A stretch of DNA of 64,000 nucleotides from Eledone cirrhosa (GCA_964016885.1 OZ024766.1:18600001-18664000); one strand, 5' to 3'. Counted from the stretch's first letter, positions 41,035 to 54,645 are shown. Numbers and translations: made by a program. The notes: generated by a model from the letters alone, not told the origin.

Positions 41035-41349
41035 ATATATATATATGGTGGTAGTGTGTGTGTGAGACACTGCATCCTTTAAAACCTCCATGGAACAAAC
41101 TCCCTGCATCAGTTGTTAGCTGTCGAGACACTGCATCCTTTAAGGCCTCTATGCTTCCTGAGATTCGCCAACACTACACCTAATGTTCCCCCTCCATACA
41201 CATACACACACATGTATACCATGACTCATACACTATTCACTTCCCTGACATTTGAACATTATTCTATGTACTATACATGCACCTTTGATGAGTTGTAGTG
41301 CACCTGAGCACTGTACACAGTAATTTTCATTATTATTATCAGTTCTCAC

Positions 41350-41411
41350 CTTCCAAGAGATTTGTTCTGTTGAATGAGTTGATGGAAACTTTCAAATTCA
41401 TCTCCATCATC

Positions 41412-41461
<50 letters not shown>

Positions 41462-41500
41462 CATCACCACCAACATCATCATCACTATCATCACCTTTAT
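41350..41500 (-). CDS. AATF: AATF exon 3 (acidic)
   Basis: tttcag / gtgaga sites; DKGDDSDDDVGGDDD...EFESFHQLIQQNKSLG; supplies the required phase 1->2 change. Confidence 0.88.
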
Positions 41501-41595
41501 CTGAAATTTTAAAATGAAATGTTATAGTAGTCCTATCATATATATATATATATATATATACATGTACATGTATATATGCATGTATGTATGTATGT

Positions 41596-41631
<36 letters not shown>

Positions 41632-42161
41632 ATTTAGTGTTAAGAAAATATATATATATATTGCCACGAAAAAGACATAAAAAACATGTATATCTACATA
41701 TATGTATACATACAGGTACTTAGATATATATATATATACACCCACACCTACATATATGTATATATATATATATATACACATCACTTACATATATATACAC
41801 CCACCTACATATATATATACATCACTTACATATATATACACCCACATATATATATACACAGGTACTTACATATATATACACCCACACCTACATATATATA
41901 CACATTACTTACATATATATACACCCACCTACATATATATATATATATACATCAGTTACATATATATACACCTACATACATATATATATATATATACACA
42001 GGTACTTATATATATATATATACACACCCACACCTATATATATATATCTATATATATACATCACTTACATATATATACACATGACTTACATATATATACA
42101 CCCACAGCTACATATATACACACAAGTACTTACATATATATACACACCCACAGGTACTTAC

Positions 42162-42335
42162 CCCCAGAATCTCTGTCTAAATCCTTCCTCGAGGTCCTCT
42201 TCCCAGCATATCTCGTGTCAGTGTCGGACAACAGCGAAGCTGCCTGTCTCTTGAGTTTGGTAGACATAAGGGACACATCGTCTTTGTCCCCTGCTTCATC
42301 CGGGGGACCCTGGACACTCAGCTGGGCTGTGGTAT
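42162..42335 (-). CDS. AATF: AATF exon 2
   Basis: ccag acceptor / gtaagt donor; ...[22 protein letters not shown] matches the AATF LLDTDKRYxGKxxSRK motif; phase 1-1. Confidence 0.93.
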
Positions 42336-42375
42336 CTGGAATAGAGAGAGAGAGAGAGAGGTATATCATCATCAT

Positions 42376-43816
42376 CATATGTCCCCTTTTCCCTGCTTGC
42401 AAGGGTGGGACGGGAACTGGTTCTGGCTTGATTTCTACAGCTGGATGCCCTTCCTAACATCAACCACATTTACAGTGAGTGCTGGGTGCTTTTTTGCCGT
42501 GGCACCTCCACGACCACTTTACAGTGAGTGCTGGGTGCTTTTTTGCCGTGGCACCTCCACGACCACTTTACAGTGAGGGCTGGGTGCTTTTTTGCCGTGG
42601 CACCTCCACGACCGCTTTACAGTGAGTGCTGGGTGCTTTTTTGCTGTGGCACCTCCACGACCACTTTACAGTGTGGGCTGGATGCTTTTTTGCTGTGGCA
42701 CCTCCACGACCACTTTACAGTGTGGGCTGGGTGCTTTTTTGCCGTGGCACCTCCACGACCACTTTACAGTGAGTGCTGGGTGCTTTTTTGCCGTGGCACC
42801 TCCACGACCACTTTACAGTGAGTGCTGGGTGCTTTTTTGCTGTGGCACCTCCACGACCACTTTACAGTGAGTGCTGGGTGCTTTTTGTTGTGACACCTCC
42901 ACAACCACTTTACAGTGTGGACTGGGTACTTTTTGTTGTGACACCTACACAATCACTTTACAGTGTGGACTGGGTACTTTTTGCCGTGGCACCTACACGA
43001 CCACTTTACAGTGAGTGATGGGTGCTATTTGTTGTGACACCTCCACGACCACTTTACAGTGAGGGCTGGGTGCTTTTTTGCCGTGGCACCTCCACGACCG
43101 CTTTACAGTGAGTGCTGGGTGCTTTTTTGCCGTGGCACCTCCACGACCACTTTACAGTGAGGGCTGGGTGCTTTTTTGCCGTGGCACCTCCACGACCGCT
43201 TTACAGTGAGTGCTGGGTGCTTTTTTGCTGTGGCACCTCCACGACCACTTTACAGTGTGGGCTGGATGCTTTTTTGCTGTGGCACCTCCACGACCACTTT
43301 ACAGTGTGGGCTGGGTGCTTTTTTGCCGTGGCACCTCCACGACCACTTTACAGTGAGTGCTGGGTGCTTTTTTGCCGTGGCACCTCCACGACCACTTTAC
43401 AGTGAGTGCTGGGTGCTTTTTTGCTGTGGCACCTCCACGACCACTTTACAGTGAGTGCTGGGTGCTTTTTGTTGTGACACCTCCACAACCACTTTACAGT
43501 GTGGACTGGGTACTTTTTGTTGTGACACCTACACAATCACTTTACAGTGTGGACTGGGTACTTTTTGCCGTGGCACCTACACGACCACTTTACAGTGAGT
43601 GCTGGGTGCTTTTTTGCCGTGGCACCTCCACGACCACTTTACAGTGGAATGATATGAACCCCAGTCCCTATCATTTCATTTCTACAGCTGAGTAAACTGG
43701 AGCAATGTGAAATAAAGTGTCTTGCTCAAGGAAACAACACATCACCCGGTCTGAGAATTGAACTCACAACCTTTCGATTGCAAGCCCAATGCTCTAACCA
43801 CTAAGCCAAGTGCCTT
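42376..43816 (-). mobile_element. VNTR-SINE (~24 units, with an internal higher-order duplication)
   Basis: Same family; ~584-bp block duplicated (identical ORF calls at 42528 and 43112). Confidence 0.85.
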
Positions 43817-44853
43817 CATATATATAGGATAAATAGAATGTATGTTAGCTGGACATGGTCACCGACATCCAGAGTTGACACTGAAAATGTTTCCCCTTCA
43901 ATTTATCTGAAATTTAAACCATAAGTAAATGACAAGATGTGATGCCTATTCACAAAATTCCAGCAAATTCCAATAATATTAAAACACCCTAAATAGGGGT
44001 TAAACCCCCTATAGTGAAAATGTTGGCCAATAGATGGAACAAGATTTCACAAACTCCTATGGTTTTGCAGATAGACCCCCTCATAACTATATATATTCTG
44101 AAACTACATTGCCCAGGGTACTTGAATAACTATATTTCATTTTAATAAAAGGGTCTCCTGGTGGCACAAACCCCCGCTGAAAACTTTTTCCCTTTGATTT
44201 ATATGAAATTTAAACCATAAGTAGATGACAAAATATGGTGCCTATTCACAAAATTCCAGCAAATATCAATAATATTAAGACACCCCAATGGGGGTTTTTA
44301 TTTTTTCTTCCATATAACAGCACCCAACTTCTCTGACAAACATGTTTTCACCTGACCAATGCAATCATTATTTGTTTGTATTATTGTTTTGTAAAGGGCG
44401 GCAGATTGGCAGTAGCGGGAGAGGGTCGGACGCCATGCTTCGACGCATAGAGCTACGTCCCTTTACGGTCTGAATTCAAATCCCGCCGATGTTAACTTTG
44501 CCTTTCATCCTTACGGGGTCGATAAAATAAAGTACCAGTAATACACTGGGGTAATTGCTGGCCTTGTGCCCCCAAAAGTAGAAACAATTATTACAGGGTC
44601 GATAAAATAAAGTACCAGTAATACACTGGGGTAATTGCTGGCCTTGTGCCCCCAAAAGTAGAAACAATTATTACGGGGTCGATAAAATAAAGTACCAGTA
44701 ATGCACTGGGGTAATTGCTGGCCTTGTGCCCCCCAAAAGTAAAAACAATTATCTGTCCTATATTTTGATTTCATTTTTGGTCTGAAGCATTGGGCATTTT
44801 AATGGAAACTGGCAATACCCCCGCTCCCGGGCATTACCGGGTACCTCACCTAG

Positions 44854-44910
<57 letters not shown>

Positions 44911-44939
44911 GTGTAAGAAAATGTGAAATGATAACTTAC

Positions 44940-45018
44940 TGTCTCCGAATTCGTCCTCGACATCGTGAAATGTCGGATTTGGTTTAGTGAGGGAATCTAG
45001 GAGTTCACTTAAAGCCAT
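44940..45018 (-). CDS. AATF: AATF/Che-1 (BFR2 homolog) coding exon 1
   Basis: ATG at 45018; MALSELLDSLTKPNPTFHDVEDEFGD then GTAAGT donor, phase 1; resembles the AATF N-terminus. Confidence 0.85.
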
Positions 45019-45020
45019 GT

Positions 45021-46150
45021 TGTGATGTCTCTGTGGCTGTTGTGATGCTTCTGGGGTGGTTGTGAAGCCTCTGTGGCTGTTGTGATGTCTCTGTGTGGTT
45101 GTGAAGCCTCTGTGGTTGTTGTGAAGCCTCTGTGGTTGTTGTGAAGCCTCTGTGGTTGTTGTGAAGCCTCTGGGGTTGTTGTGAAGCCTCTGTGGCTGTT
45201 GTGAAGCCTCTGTGGTTGTTGTGAAGCTTCTGTGGTTGTTGTGAAGTCTCTGTGGCTGTTGTGAAGCCCCTGTGGTTGTTGTGAAGCCTCTGTGGTTGTT
45301 GTGAAGCCTCTGTGGTTGTTGTGAAGCCTCTGGGGTTGTTGTGAAGCCTCTGTGGCTGTTGTGAAGCCTCTGTGGTTGTTGTGAAGCTTCTGTGGTTGTT
45401 GTGAAGTCTCTGTGGCTGTTGTGAAGCCCCTGTGGTTGTTGTGAAGCCTCTGTGGTTGTTGTGAAGCCTCTGGGGTTGTTGTGAAGCCTCTGTGGCTGTT
45501 GTGAAGCCTCTGTGGTTGTTGTGAAGCTTCTGTGGTTGTTGTGAAGTCTCTGTGGCTGTTGTGAAGCCCCTGTGGTTGTTGTGAAGCCTCTGTGGTTGTT
45601 GTGAAGCCTCTGTGGTTGTTGTGAAGCCTCTGGGGTTGTTGTGAAGCCTCTGTGGCTGTTGTGAAGCCTCTGTGGTTGTTGTGAAGCTTCTGTGGTTGTT
45701 GTGAAGTCTCTGTGGCTGTTGTGAAGCCCCTGTGGTTGTTGTGAAGCCTCTGTGGTTGTTGTGAAGTCTCTCTGGCTGTTGTGAAGCCTCTGGGGTTGTT
45801 GTGATGCCTCTGTGGTTGTTTTGAAGCCTCTGTGGTTGTTGTGATGTCTCAGTCGCTACTATGACACACCTCTCTAGCTGTTGTGTTGCCTCAGTCGCTA
45901 CTATGACACACGTCTAGCTGTTGTGATGCCTCAGTCGCTGTTGTGATGTCTCAGTCGCTACTATGACACACCTCTCTAGCTGTTGTGATGCCTCAGTCGC
46001 TACTATGACACACGTCTAGCTGTTGTGATGCCTCAGTCGCTGTTGTGATGTCTCAGTCTCTAATATGACACACCTCTAGCCGTTGTGATGCCTCAGTCGC
46101 TACTATGACACACGTCTCTAGCTGTTGTGATGCCTCAGTCTCTAATGTGA
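45021..46150. repeat. 20-bp minisatellite plus derived units directly upstream of the AATF ATG
   Basis: gtgaagcctctgtggttgtt x ~40. Confidence 0.95.
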
Positions 46151-46429
46151 TACCCCTCTAGCAGTATTAACGCCTCTACAGTTGTATAGTCTCTCTCTAA
46201 ACCCAGAACACCAACAATCCAACGAAAGCCATGCTGGATTTCACTCTCAGCTAAATAACCCACCTTTTCTTCTCTCCTACTTCAGAAGAGCGAAGTACAG
46301 GAAAGAGTGATAAAGAGTTGCCTCCCTTGAATGAATGGATTTAAAAAAAAAAAAAAAAATGTTTATACAGTATATTTCTGTGTGGTGTATTTACTAAAAC
46401 TACACACATACATGTGAGGGGTAAACGTA

Positions 46430-47185
46430 AAGGACACATCTCATGTCCATACCAGTGCAGTCTCCTCTCCCACACACTATATCTGATTCCTTTTATACCC
46501 AGGTCTTCCTCTACTGCAGCTTCCTTCCACTGGGAACTCCTGACACTTCTTCACCCAACAATCACCATCCATACACACCACATGTCTATACCAGTGCAGT
46601 CTCCTCTCCTACACACTATATCTGATTCCACTTATACCCAGGTCTTCCTCTACTACAGCTTCCTTCCACTGGGAACTCCTGACACTTCTTCACCCAACAA
46701 TCACCATCCATACACATCACATGTCTATACCAGTGCAGTCTCTTCTTATACCCAGGTCTTCCTCTACTGCAGCTTCCTTCCACTGGGAACTCCTGACACT
46801 TCTTCACCCAACAATCACCATCCATACACATCACATGTCTATACCAGTGCAGTCTCCTCTTATACCCAGGTCTTCCTCTACTGCAGCTTCCTTCCACTGG
46901 GAACTCCTGACACTTCTTCACCCAACAATCACCATCCATACACACCACATGTCTATACCAGTGCAGTCTCCTCTCCAACAAACTACATCTGATTCCTCTT
47001 ATACCCAGGTCTTCCTCTACTGCAGCTTCCTTCCACTGGGAACTCCTGACACTTCTTCACCCAACAATCACCATCCATACACACCACATGTCTATACCAG
47101 TGCAGTCTCCTCTCTGCCCAGGTCTTCCTCTACTGCAGCTTCCTTCCACAGGGAACTCCTGACACTTCTTCACCCGACAATCACA
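46430..47185 (-). mobile_element. RTE LINE fragment amplified in tandem (~111-147-bp units)
   Basis: RRLHWYRHVxCMDGDCWVKKCQEFPVEGSCSRGRP repeated. Confidence 0.82.
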
Positions 47186-47289
47186 TGTCCAAACCAGAAG
47201 ATTCCTCTTAAAATCAACTCCTCCAGGGTCTGTATTTCTCTCACATTTACAAACACATGACCATGTCTTGCCCATACAGAACTGATTTT

Positions 47290-49680
47290 GGCTTGTTTTC
47301 TATGGCTGGATGCCCTTCCTAATGGCACCTATAATAAGTGTGGGCTGGGTGCTTTTTTTGACACCTACATGACCACTTTACAGTGTGGACTGGGTACTTC
47401 TTGTCATGACACCTACATGTTCACTTTACAGTGTGGACTGGGAGCCTTTTTTACTGTGGCACCACCACAACCACTTTACAGTGTGGACTGGGAGCCTTTT
47501 TACTGTGTCTCCTACATGACCACCTTACAGTGTGGACTGGGAGCCTTTTTACTGTGTCTCCTACATGACCACCTTACAATGTGGACTGGGAGCCTTTTTA
47601 CTGTGTCTCCTACATGACCACCTTACAGTGTGGACTGGGAGCCTTTTTACTGTGTCTCCTACATGACCACCTTACAGTGTGGACTGGGAGCCTTTTTACC
47701 GTGGCACCTCCACAACCACCTTACAGTGTGGACTGGGAGCCTTTTTACTGTGTCTCCTACATGACCACTTTACAGTGTGGACTGGGAGCCTTTTTACTGT
47801 GTCTCCTACATGACCACCTTACAGTGTGGACTGGGAGCCTTTTTACTGTGTCTCCTACATGACCACTTTACAGTGTGGACTGGGAGCCTTTTTACTGTGT
47901 CTCCTACATGACCACTTTACAGTGTGGACTGGGAGCCTTTTTACTGTGTCACCTACATGACCACTTTACAGTGTGGACTGGGAGCCTTTTTACTGTGTCA
48001 CCTACATGACCACTTTACAGTGTGGACTGGGAGCCTTTTTACTGTGTCACCTACATGACCACTTTACAGTGTGGACTGGGAGCCTTTTTACTGTGTCTCC
48101 TACACGACCACTTTACAGTGTGGACTGGGAGCCTTTTTACTGTGTCTCCTACATGACCACTTTACAGTGTGGACTGGGAGCCTTTTTACTGTGTCACCTA
48201 CATGACCACTTTACAGTGTGGACTGGGAGCCTTTTTACTGTGTCTCCTACATGACCACTTTACAGTGTGGACTGGGAGCCTTTTTACTGTGTCCCCTACA
48301 TGACCACTTTACAGTGTGGACTGGGAGCCTTTTTACTGTGTCTCCTACATGACCACTTTACAGTGTGGACTGGGAGCCTTTTTACTGTGTCTCCTACATG
48401 ACCACTTTACAGTGTGGACTGGGAGCCTTTTTACTGTGTCTCCTACATGACCACTTTACAGTGTGGACTGGGAGCCTTTTTACTGTGTCTCCTACATGAC
48501 CACTTTACAATGTGGACTGGGAGCCTTTTTACTGTGTCTCCTACATGACCACTTTACAATGTGGACTGGGAGCCTTTTTACTGTGTCTCCTACATGACCA
48601 CTTTACAGTGTGGACTGGGAGCCTTTTTACTGTGTCTCCTACATGACCACTTTACAGTGTGGACTGGGAGCCTTTTTACTGTGTCCCCTACATGACCACT
48701 TTACAGTGTGGACTGGGAGCCTTTTTACTGTGTCTCCTACATGACCACTTTACAGTGTGGACTGGGAGCCTTTTTACTGTGTCTCCTACATGACCACTTT
48801 ACAGTGTGGACTGGGAGCCTTTTTACTGTGTCCCCTACATGACCACTTTACAGTGTGGACTGGGAGCCTTTTTACTGTGTCTCCTACATGACCACTTTAC
48901 AGTGTGGACTGGGAGCCTTTTTACTGTGTCTCCTACATGACCACTTTACAGTGTGGACTGGGAGCCTTTTTACTGTGTCCCCTACATGACCACTTTACAG
49001 TGTGGACTGGGAGCCTTTTTACTGTGTCTCCTACATGACCACTTTACAGTGTGGACTGGGAGCCTTTTTACTGTGTCTCCTACATGACCACTTTACAGTG
49101 TGGACTGGGAGCCTTTTTACTGTGTCTCCTACATGACCACTTTACAGTGTGGACTGGGAGCCTTTTTACTGTGTCACCTACATGACCACTTTACAGTGTG
49201 GACTGGGAGCCTTTTTACTGTGTCTCCTACATGACCACTTTACAGTGTGGACTGGGAGCCTTTTTACTGTGTCTCCTACATGACCACTTTACAATGTGGA
49301 CTGGGAGCCTTTTTACTGTGTCTCCTACATGACCACTTTACAGTGTGGACTGGGAGCCTTTTTACTGTGTCTCCTACATGACCACCTTACAGTGTGGACT
49401 GGGAGCCTTTTTACTGTGTCTCCTACATGACCACTTTACAGTGTGGACTGGGAGCCTTTTTACTGTGTCTCCTACATGACCACTTACAGTGTGGACTGGG
49501 AGCCTTTTCACTGTGTCTCCTACATGACCACTTTACAGTGTGGACTGGGAACCTTTTTACTGTGTCCTACACGACCACATTACAGTGTGGACTGTTGTGT
49601 CATCGACACAGTGGACGGAACGGGAAAGGGACGATAGGGTGGGGGTGTACATTGGGTTAAGAGGTGCCTACCGACTGCAG
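47290..49680 (-). repeat. Variant 49-bp array (~45 units) in an RTE-LINE 3' region
   Basis: Unit tgaccactttacagtgtggactgggagcctttttactgtgtctcctaca. Confidence 0.85.
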
Positions 49681-50686
49681 GTTTGTATGCAATAGTAGTC
49701 GGATCTTCTATACAACTGCATGGCGCCATATATATATATATAGCCAAATCAGTTCCTGTATGAGCAAGGCATGGTCAGCCGACCAGACACTGCCCACAAC
49801 AGGACAACCCATGTAACCCATGCTAGTGTGGAAGAACGGACGTAAAACGGTGATGATGATGATGATATATATGTATATTATGTTGGTACGCTAAAACATC
49901 CAGTCCACACTATAAAGTGGTCGTGTAAAAGACATGGCAAAAAGCACCCGGTCCACTCTGTAAATGAATTTGGTGTTAGGAAGGGCATCCAACGATAAAC
50001 AATCCTATATGAGCGACACGGTCACCTGACCCAACTTGCCTCTAAATGGGACACAGCCTCTCTAACCCATGCTAGCATGGGAGATAGACGTTAAACGATG
50101 ATGGTGATGATGGTGATGATGATGATATATCAATATGTATTAAAAGATCAATAAAAAAATTAAAAAAACTCAAACATTAAATATTTTTTTTATTAATTTA
50201 AATAAAAATTTCACAAAATTAACAGACTGTGTTATTTATAAACCAGGATGGTTGTGGTTGGAGAGAGACAGACAGAGCCTGTGTGTGTGTCTCTAAGTCT
50301 GCGTGGAGTTTTTACAAAAGTACCAGTGATACACTGGGGCTAATGCTGGCCTTGTGCCCACCCCCAAAACAGAAACAGTTATTAATAAGCCAGGATGGTC
50401 GTGGTTGGAGAGAGACAGACAGAGCCTGTGTGTGTGTGTTTGTCTCTAAGTCTGTGTGGAGTTATTACAAAAGTACCAGTGATACACTGAGGTTTATTGC
50501 TGGCCTTGTGCCCCTCCAAAAACAGAGACAGTTATTTATAAGCCAGGATGGTCGTGGCTGGACAATCAGAGCCTGTGTGTCTGTCTCCAAGTGTGTCTTG
50601 TGTTATTAATAAGCCAGGATGGTTGTGGCACAAGAATCAGAGCCTGTGTGTCTTGTATTATTAATAAGCCAGGATGGTTGTGGCTG

Positions 50687-50726
<40 letters not shown>

Positions 50727-50756
50727 TGTGCTGTGTATGTCAGTGAAGGGTCTAAT

Positions 50757-50934
50757 CTAACGCAGCCAGGGCTCAGGTCTGTTCGTTCTCATCAGAAACT
50801 GTATCTTGCTATTCATACTGTTGTTGTAAATCCTCTTACACCTCTCGTAGCTCAGCCTCCGCCTCGTCTGGAACGGTTTCTCGTAGTACATCCTCTGACG
50901 GTGAAGTTCCAGCACTTTGTCGACCCTCAGGACT
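50757..50934 (-). CDS. MRPS21: MRPS21 coding exon 2
   Basis: VLRVDKVLELHRQRMYYEKPFQTRRRLSYERCKRIYNNSMNSKIQFLMRTNRPEPWLR* (YYEKP, YERC motifs); spliced protein is 87 aa; AATAAA on minus strand at 50189-50194. Confidence 0.95.
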
Positions 50935-51048
50935 CTGGAATAAAGACACGGGTAGATATAGATATATATATATATAAAAGAGAGTGAGATAGATAGAGAG
51001 AGAGGTATCTATATATAGAGAGACAGAGACAGATTTTTCATTTTTTTC

Positions 51049-51552
51049 ATTTTTACGTCCACTTTTCCCTGCTTGCAAGGGTGGAACGGGAACTGATTCT
51101 GGCTTGATTTCTACAGCTGGATGCCCTTCCTAACACCAACCTCATTTACAGTGAGTGCTGGTTGCTTTTTTGCCGTGGCACCTCCACGACCACTTTACAG
51201 TGAGTGCTGGGTGCTTTTTTGCTGTGGCACCTACACGACCACTTTACAGTGAGTGCTGGGTGCTTTTTTGCTGTGGCACCTACACGACCACTTTACAGTG
51301 AGTGCTGGGTGCTTTTTTTGCTGTGGCACCTCCACGACCACTTTACAGTGAGTGCTGGGTGCTGTTTTGCCATGGCACCTCCACAACCACTTTACAGTGA
51401 GTACTGGGTGCTTTTTTGCTGTGGCACCTCCACGACCACTTTACAGTGGAATGATAGGGACCCCAGTCCCTATCATCTCATTTCTACAGCTGAGTAAACT
51501 GGAGCAATGTGAAATAAAGTGTCTTGTTCAAGGAAACAACACATCACCCGGT
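51049..51552 (-). mobile_element. VNTR-SINE, head truncated
   Basis: Same family. Confidence 0.8.
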
Positions 51553-51556
51553 ATAC

Positions 51557-51591
<35 letters not shown>

Positions 51592-52168
51592 AATTACATG
51601 AATCAAAGTTCAGTTTAAATCATTTATTTGCTTACAATTGTTTCTTCCAAACCGAGGTTTGGAGTCTTCGGAGCAATTTTTCAATGATTTTTTACATACT
51701 GACCTCCTTTTCAACAAGAGACATACAGAAACATATGTATATATTGATGTACAGTGGGTTGACATCCATTATAATAATATAATGGATGTCAACCCACTGT
51801 GGGTCAATATATATATATGTTTGTCTCTCTCTCTATATGTGTGAGATGCGAGTTCAATCGAAGGTAACCACAGAAAAGTACTCAATACATCAGGAGAGTG
51901 TAAATATCAAGGTTAATATAAAAATCATCACTATTATACACACACACACACATATATATACTTTAACTATATCCCATAAAATAATACAACTGGCTTTCCA
52001 CATTATACATATAGTTAGCACCCCAAACACTTAAATTGGGTTTATACTAACATATAACCTAATGTTTGTTGAGTGAGATGGTTACCAGTCAGAGTTTAGC
52101 TTTAAGCTATCTCTGTTATTGTATTAAATATATATATATACATATGTATATGTGGAACAGGAAAGTTT

Positions 52169-52196
52169 GACGTTTCGGACTTCAGCCCTTCCTCAG
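52169..52196 (-). ncRNA. Minimal hammerhead core with stem I lost
   Basis: CTGAGGA-a-gggc/gtcc-GAAACGTC; flanks do not pair. Confidence 0.4.
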
Positions 52197-52902
52197 GAGT
52201 ACAAAAGTGTCACATTGTATATACAGTAATACCATGATATATAAACCCGCTAGTCAGTATATGTATATATATATATATATATTATACATCGTGTATATAT
52301 AATACACACACGATATATAATATATATACATCGTGTGTGTATATTATATATACATGATATATATATATATATATATTATATATCGTGTGTGTATATTATA
52401 TATACACGATATATAATATATATATATATATACATCGTGTATATATAATATACACACACGATATATAATATATATATATACACACTATATATATATACAT
52501 ATATAGTGTATACAAGGTAATGTCTAGATAGATATATAGACCCACTAGTCAAAATATATATATATATATATATATATCGTTTATATATACACACACGATA
52601 TATATATATATATATATACATACATATATACACAAAATATATATATATTAGGTTGTAACATAAATACCCGCCGATTTGTGACAACAAAGACATTATAACA
52701 ACGGCGGGAATTTATGTTACAACCTAATATATAGGGCCGTCAAGTATGAAATTTGTATGAAATTTATAGAAAAAATATCAAATTTCTACAAATTTCATAC
52801 TTGACGGCCCAATATATATATATACACGCTAATCACTGCATGTATAAACCTGCCAGACTATATATATACATACACAGTGTGTATATATAATAATATACAC
52901 AC

Positions 52903-52988
52903 CTGTCGAGAGTTCTGTAGGCCGCCTCCAGTTGATTATTTTTCACCAGAACAGTTCTGCCAATAAACCTCATGTGGTTCACGGACAT
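52903..52988 (-). CDS. MRPS21: Mitochondrial ribosomal protein S21, coding exon 1
   Basis: MSVNHMRFIGRTVLVKNNQLEAAYRTLD + AG|gt; resembles MRPS21 HLKFIARTVMV...AYRTLNR. Confidence 0.93.
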
Positions 52989-53039
52989 CTTGGATGGTTG
53001 AAGGACAGAGAGACAGGGAGAGGTAGGTGTATGGTGGAT

Positions 53040-54135
53040 AGAGAGAGGGGGAGAGATTTCTGGTAGTTGATATAGAGAGGGGTGTTGGGAGCGACAGCTG
53101 TGTAATAGATAGAGAGAGGGGGTGACATTGCTGGTAGTTGATATAGAGAGGGATGTTAGGAGCGACAGCTGTGTAATAGATCGAGAGAGGGGGAGAGATT
53201 GCTGGTTGTTGATAGAGAGAGGGGTGCTGGAAGCGACAGCCGTGTAATAGATAGAGAGAGGGGGAGAGATTACTGGTAGTTGATATAGAGAGGGGTAATA
53301 GGAGCGACAGCCGTGTAATAGATAGAGAGAGAGGGAGAGACTACTGGTAGTTGATATAGAGAGGGGTATTAGGAGCGACAGCCGTGTAATAGATAGAGAG
53401 AGGGGAGAGATTACTGGTAGTTGATATAGAGAGGGGTGATAGGAGCGACAGCCGTGTAATAGATAGAGAGAGGAAGAGAGATTACTGGTAGTTTATATAG
53501 AGAGGGGTATTGGGAGCGACAGCCGTGTGATAGATAGAGAGAGGGGGAGAGATTACTGGTAGTTGATATAGAGAGGGGTGTTGGGAGCGACAGCCGTGTA
53601 ATAGATAGAGAGAGGGGGAGAAATTACTGGTAGTTGATATAGAGAGGGGTAAGAGGAGAGACAGCCGTGTAATAGATAGAGAGAGGGGGAGAGATTACTG
53701 GTAATTGATATAGAGAGTGGTAATAGGAGCGACAGCCGTGTAATAGATAGAGAGAGGGGGAGAGATTACTGGTAGTTGATATAGAGAGGGGTAATAGGAG
53801 CGACAGCCGTGTAATAAATAGAGAGAGGGGGAAAGATTACTGGTAGTTGATATAGAGAGGGGTATTGGGAGCGACAGCCGTGTGATGGATAGAGAGAGGG
53901 GTGTTGGGAGCGACAGCCGTGTAATAGATAGAGAGAGGGGGAACGATTGCTGGTAATTGATATAGAGAGGGGAGCTGGGAGCGAGAGTGTTGTATATTAG
54001 ATTGAGAGAGGGGGAGAGATTGCTGGTAGTTTATATAGAGAGTGGTGTTGGGAGCGACAGCCGTGTAATAGATAGAGAGAGGGGGAGGAGATTGCTGGTA
54101 GTTGATATAGAGAGGGGTGTTGAGAGAGTGTGTTG
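53040..54135. repeat. ~64-66-bp purine-rich minisatellite
   Basis: gagattactggtagttgatatagagaggggt...gagcgacagccgtgtaatagata. Confidence 0.9.
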
Positions 54136-54438
54136 TATAGTAGCTATAGAAATGAAGAGAATAAGACGAATAAAGAGAAAAAACAGAGAGAGAGAAATAA
54201 TAGTCCCGCAGAAAATGAAAATTATTAAAAATAAGAAAATTCAATTAAATATTAAAGACTTAATCATTAAGATAAATATATTTAAAATATTATTTAAATA
54301 ACTATTATATCCTGCAAATATTTTTGTAAAACTATTTTTATTAATTGAAAATATTTTAATGGTTTCCTTTTGTTGTGTTTTTCCGTTAATAATTATTAAA
54401 ATATATTTTAGGGGTTAAAATAGCCCCTAAAATCTCAC

Positions 54439-54645
54439 TTATTTTCATTTTAATTAGAAAAATAACCAAATAACCGTTAAAAGTTTGAAAAACACGACAG
54501 AAATTTTATATAAAACACAAAAGGGGTTAATAAAAGCCCGGAGCTATAATTATTTGGTTGTTATTTCCGCTTCCGGCTTTAAAGTGGAAGGCGCCGTGTT
54601 TGATAGTCAACATATTTGACTGAGGATCGAACTGACAAACGACAA
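54439..54645. promoter_or_regulatory. Putative bidirectional promoter and non-coding first exons of MRPS21 (-) and the nucleoporin (+)
   Basis: Short CpG-containing island with tandem ETS-like TTTCCGCTTCCGG (54564-54576); divergent donors GTGAGT (+, 54646) and GTGAGA (-, 54438). Confidence 0.6.

Noticed and set aside
50836-51078. ORF-track 80-aa ORF
   Set aside because: Wrong frame; the real frame encodes MRPS21 exon 2
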